The position numbers and the translations under genes were made by a program. A model generated the notes under the pieces. That model was not told the origin of the DNA and ran no database searches. It saw only the letters and a list, made by a program, of their open reading frames with translations. Below are positions 60,760 to 64,000 of a stretch of 64,000 bases of DNA, piece by piece; positions within the stretch are counted from its first letter, which is position 1, and every line of letters starts with the position of its first letter. The stretch is from a virus (lineage: Duplodnaviria > Caudoviricetes), in the IMG/VR virus record IMGVR_UViG_3300031992_000028; one strand, written 5' to 3'.

Positions 60760-62253
60760 ATGTTCAAAAAGCAAATTGAATTTAGACAATTAAAACCTAT
60801 CTTATATAAACCGGGTGAAGAACCAGAAGCGTCTGGTAGTTTTAATTTTGGCATTGATAATAGATTATATAGAAGTTTAATGAAACTTTTTGAAACTTTT
60901 TATATTTATACAAAGCCAAGAAGAGAGTTATTCTTAGTTGGTGGCTGCGTTCGTGATATGCTTTTAGATAAAGAACCAAAAGATTATGATTTATGCACAA
61001 ATGCAACACCAGATGAAGTTAAACAAATCTGTGATAAAATTGGTTTAAAGTATTTTGATTCCGGCATTAAACATGGCACTTTAACGATTATTGATGATTT
61101 TTATGGTCAAAGCTATGAAATTACTACTTATAGAGTTGATGGTAAATATACAGATGGTCGTCACCCAGATGAAGTAGTTTTCACGCCAAGCTTAGAAGAA
61201 GACTTAAAGCGCCGTGATTTTACAATTAACTCTTTTGCTTATAACTTATTAACTCAAGAGTTAGTTATGTTAGATGAGTCTTATTTAAAAGATTTAGAAT
61301 ATGGTGTCATTAGAACAGTAGGTAATCCAATTGATAGATTTAATGAAGATGCTTTAAGAATGCTTAGAGCTTTAAGATTTGCAGCACAATTAAACTTTAC
61401 TATTCAAAGAGATACTTATGCTGCTATTAAAGAATTAGCTCCAAAAATTGCTTTAGTTTCAAAAGAGAGAATTAGAGATGAAATTACAAAAATTCTTTTA
61501 AGCAATAAACCAGATATGTTAAAGTTATTTGTTTTATCAGGTCTTGAGGAACCAGCATTTGGGTTTACTCCACTTGGTGATATGATGAAATGTGATCATC
61601 AAAATCCATGGCATTATGCAGATGTTTTTCATCATACAATGGATGTTGTAAATGGTGTTCCTGCTACATTCGAACTTAGATGGGCTGCATTATTACATGA
61701 TACTGGTAAACCAGCTACAAAAGCTTTGAAAGAAGGCACTGTTGATCATTATAACTATCATGGTCATCCAGATGTTTCAGCTGAAATTACCTTAAGACTT
61801 ATGGAAATCTTAAAATTTTCAAATGAGCAAAAAGATACTGTTTATAAGTTTGTTAAATATCATGATGAACCTCTTGCAGAAGTAAGAAATGCAAAGTTTA
61901 AAACAATTGTTAATGAAATTGGCAAAGAGAATTTTCCAGACTTTATTAAACTAAGAGCAGCAGATAGTTTTGCTCATAGACTTTTAATGGATACTAAATT
62001 TGCAGTTGATTTTCCAGATATTGTAAAAGAAAGATTTACCAAAATTGTTGAAGAAGACCAAGCATTAAAAGTTACAGATTTAGCTATTAATGGTAATGAT
62101 ATTCTTGCAGATGGTTTTTTAAAGGGAAAAGAAATTGGCGACTGCTTAAGATGGATGCTAGATATTGTCTTAGAACATCCAGAATATAATACAAGAGATA
62201 AATTACTTGAGTATTTACAGATGTTTAAAGATATGTCATTTCAAAACAGTTAA
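60760..62253 (+). CDS. cca: CCA-adding tRNA nucleotidyltransferase with HD domain
   Basis: LVGGCVRD..DYD, EITTYR, DLKRRDFTIN, EDALRMLRA.RF, LLHDTGK. Confidence 0.93.
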   Translation: MFKKQIEFRQLKPILYKPGEEPEASGSFNFGIDNRLYRSLMKLFETFYIYTKPRRELFLVGGCVRDMLLDKEPKDYDLCTNATPDEVKQICDKIGLKYFDSGIKHGTLTIIDDFYGQSYEITTYRVDGKYTDGRHPDEVVFTPSLEEDLKRRDFTINSFAYNLLTQELVMLDESYLKDLEYGVIRTVGNPIDRFNEDALRMLRALRFAAQLNFTIQRDTYAAIKELAPKIALVSKERIRDEITKILLSNKPDMLKLFVLSGLEEPAFGFTPLGDMMKCDHQNPWHYADVFHHTMDVVNGVPATFELRWAALLHDTGKPATKALKEGTVDHYNYHGHPDVSAEITLRLMEILKFSNEQKDTVYKFVKYHDEPLAEVRNAKFKTIVNEIGKENFPDFIKLRAADSFAHRLLMDTKFAVDFPDIVKERFTKIVEEDQALKVTDLAINGNDILADGFLKGKEIGDCLRWMLDIVLEHPEYNTRDKLLEYLQMFKDMSFQNS

Positions 62254-62336
62254 ATAAAAGTTGAAAAGGGGGTTTACAAACCCTCTTTTTTGTTGTATAA
62301 TATAAATAGAGAAATTCTCAAGAAAGGAGAATTATT

Positions 62337-63512
62337 ATGAGAGCACTTACAGATGAAGAAATGAAAGCATTTAATGAAGAACTTACAAAGCATGCAGTAT
62401 CTCTTGGTATTACAGTAGAAGACTTTGAGGCTCTTGTTGAAGATTTTAAAAATAAAAGATCTAATAAGGCTTTAAAAGATTTAATGTCTCCAATGTATCA
62501 AATGATTGCTGACGTAGATGAACTTAAATGGTTTTTTGATCATATTGTTCAAAAGCCACAAGTTAATGAATCTTATTCAGCTGTTTTTGTTAGCCGTCAT
62601 AAGAAGCTTACAAAAGAAGAACAAGAGACTGTTGGGCTTACAAGAAAAGAAGCAGAATTTTTAGCCACACAAACTTTTAGATTGGCTGGATTTAAGGATG
62701 CTTTAAATATTGATGAAGAAAATAGTTGGACTTTTGATAGGTTTTTACAAAGATTAAAAAAATTTAATGTTGATAAAGGAGCTTACACAACTTCCAAAGG
62801 CGCACCAATTCCAAGTAAGACTTTAGCTATTATTTTCTACGTAAATCCCTGCGATGATATTAAAGTTGTTAGAGAATTTGTTAATCAATATTTAGACGTT
62901 AATCAAGCCATTTCTAAGGCTATGTTAGGCGGAAAAACTACAATTGATAATTTACATAGCTATCAATGGTTTGGTAATGCGGAGAATAATTTAAAGCATC
63001 TTAAAGCAAATCAAAAAGGAACTAGATATTGGTTAGACTTTGATATTGATGTTCCAGCTTGGTTTAAGAAAGGTGATTTAGCTAACTTAGGCAAAGGTCT
63101 TGATGCTATTGGTTATTGGCCAGATGTTTTTGATGATAAAAAACAGGCTCAAAGAGAAGCAGCTATTGAAAAGGTTAAAGCTGATTGCTATGATAAATAT
63201 TATAGAAAATTAACTGAATTATTCAATGAAACTTTTGGCAAAGGTAATTATGTTGTTGTTGATACTTCTGGCGGTTATCATATTTTAGTTAAAACTTCTG
63301 TGATCAAGGCTGATCCACATAAAATTTGTAAAGCTGTTACAGCTATTTATAATCAAGGCGTAGCAGATGGTAATCCAGAATATTTAGATGAAAAAGGTGT
63401 TTGCAAATTTGAGTGTATTGTTAATGATTCTCAAATTCCAGGTATTCCACTCCCAGGAACTTTTCAATATGATAGGCCTATTACTGTCTTAAATAAGGGA
63501 GACTTTGAATAA
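62337..63512 (+). CDS. Hypothetical protein with AEP/primase-like motifs
   Basis: LDFDID and DTSGGYH resemble AEP motifs I and II. Confidence 0.45.
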   Translation: MRALTDEEMKAFNEELTKHAVSLGITVEDFEALVEDFKNKRSNKALKDLMSPMYQMIADVDELKWFFDHIVQKPQVNESYSAVFVSRHKKLTKEEQETVGLTRKEAEFLATQTFRLAGFKDALNIDEENSWTFDRFLQRLKKFNVDKGAYTTSKGAPIPSKTLAIIFYVNPCDDIKVVREFVNQYLDVNQAISKAMLGGKTTIDNLHSYQWFGNAENNLKHLKANQKGTRYWLDFDIDVPAWFKKGDLANLGKGLDAIGYWPDVFDDKKQAQREAAIEKVKADCYDKYYRKLTELFNETFGKGNYVVVDTSGGYHILVKTSVIKADPHKICKAVTAIYNQGVADGNPEYLDEKGVCKFECIVNDSQIPGIPLPGTFQYDRPITVLNKGDFE

Positions 63513-63736
63513 TGACAAAAGAAGATTTACTAGAACTACTAGATTGTAATTATGTATATGTTGCTTTGCATAATTGTGATTTTGGAGATGTAAGCGATTA
63601 TTTTATTGTTGCATTAGAAATTGATAAGCTAACAGCTAATGGCATAGTTGTTAAAGAAAATGAATATGAAATTACATTTATTCCATATGAAGGATTTAAA
63701 AAATATTGGGCTATAAATAAGAAGGACCTTGAATAA
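63512..63736 (+). CDS. Hypothetical protein
   Basis: TAATG coupling. Confidence 0.65.
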   Translation: MTKEDLLELLDCNYVYVALHNCDFGDVSDYFIVALEIDKLTANGIVVKENEYEITFIPYEGFKKYWAINKKDLE

Positions 63737-64000
63737 TGAGTCGTGTGAGAACAACTAATACAGACCACTCATATTATCGAGCTGCTGAGCGCTGTGGCTG
63801 GGGAAAACGAAAAGCCAGGGATATGATGAAAGCCGCGCAACGCTATGGAAAAATGTATGGAAATTTGCCAGATGGTGACTTGCGAAGCTTTTTAGAAGCT
63901 AGACAAGTTGGGCAGCACAGAAGAATAAAATACTACGCTGGATATATCTTTGTATTTGCTTCTACTAGTACACGTTGCATAACAGTATATCCATATCCAA
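63736..64000 (+). CDS. Hypothetical protein (3' truncated)
   Basis: ATG 63736, open to the window end; TDHSYYRAAER...CITVY. Confidence 0.6.
   Translation, partial: MSRVRTTNTDHSYYRAAERCGWGKRKARDMMKAAQRYGKMYGNLPDGDLRSFLEARQVGQHRRIKYYAGYIFVFASTSTRCITVYPYP

Noticed and set aside
1-64000. Suppressor tRNA-Trp(UCA), other tRNAs, release factor, reverse transcriptase/DGR, integrase
   Set aside because: No cloverleaf/T-loop signature or protein motif recognised by eye. tRNAscan-SE/ARAGORN and the rest of the genome are needed.

Overview
A 64-kb AT-rich segment of a large (jumbo-type) tailed phage genome, probably infecting an anaerobic low-GC bacterium (inferred from the class III RNR, formate channel and lipoprotein). 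Almost all genes are on the + strand. The supplied standard-code ORF track is misleading: in many genes TGA encodes Trp (code 4), which joins fragments into long proteins (2-4360, 5444-8695, 39455-41191, 42051-43280, nrdG, a SNF2 helicase, a methylase). TGA use tracks promoter class. Genes behind a TGCTAAATT (late-like) motif are often TGA-rich. Genes behind sigma70-like TTTACW-N17-TATAAT (early) or TGTATAAT (middle-like) motifs use almost only TGG. Candidate undescribed systems: (i) ORF-less small RNAs with anti-Shine-Dalgarno loops complementary to the phage's own early-gene RBSs; (ii) a 13-gene paralog expansion (LRIAY motif); (iii) four FETNSSS-motif paralogs next to a radical SAM enzyme; (iv) an nrdD-formate channel-nrdG operon; (v) a Nudix/ADP-ribosyltransferase-like fusion; (vi) non-coding GATC/CACTAG arrays, two with ~55-bp periodicity, inside a ~20-kb compositionally distinct early island. 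No tRNA, release factor or CRISPR array was seen. All calls come from reading motifs by eye, and counts are approximate hand counts.
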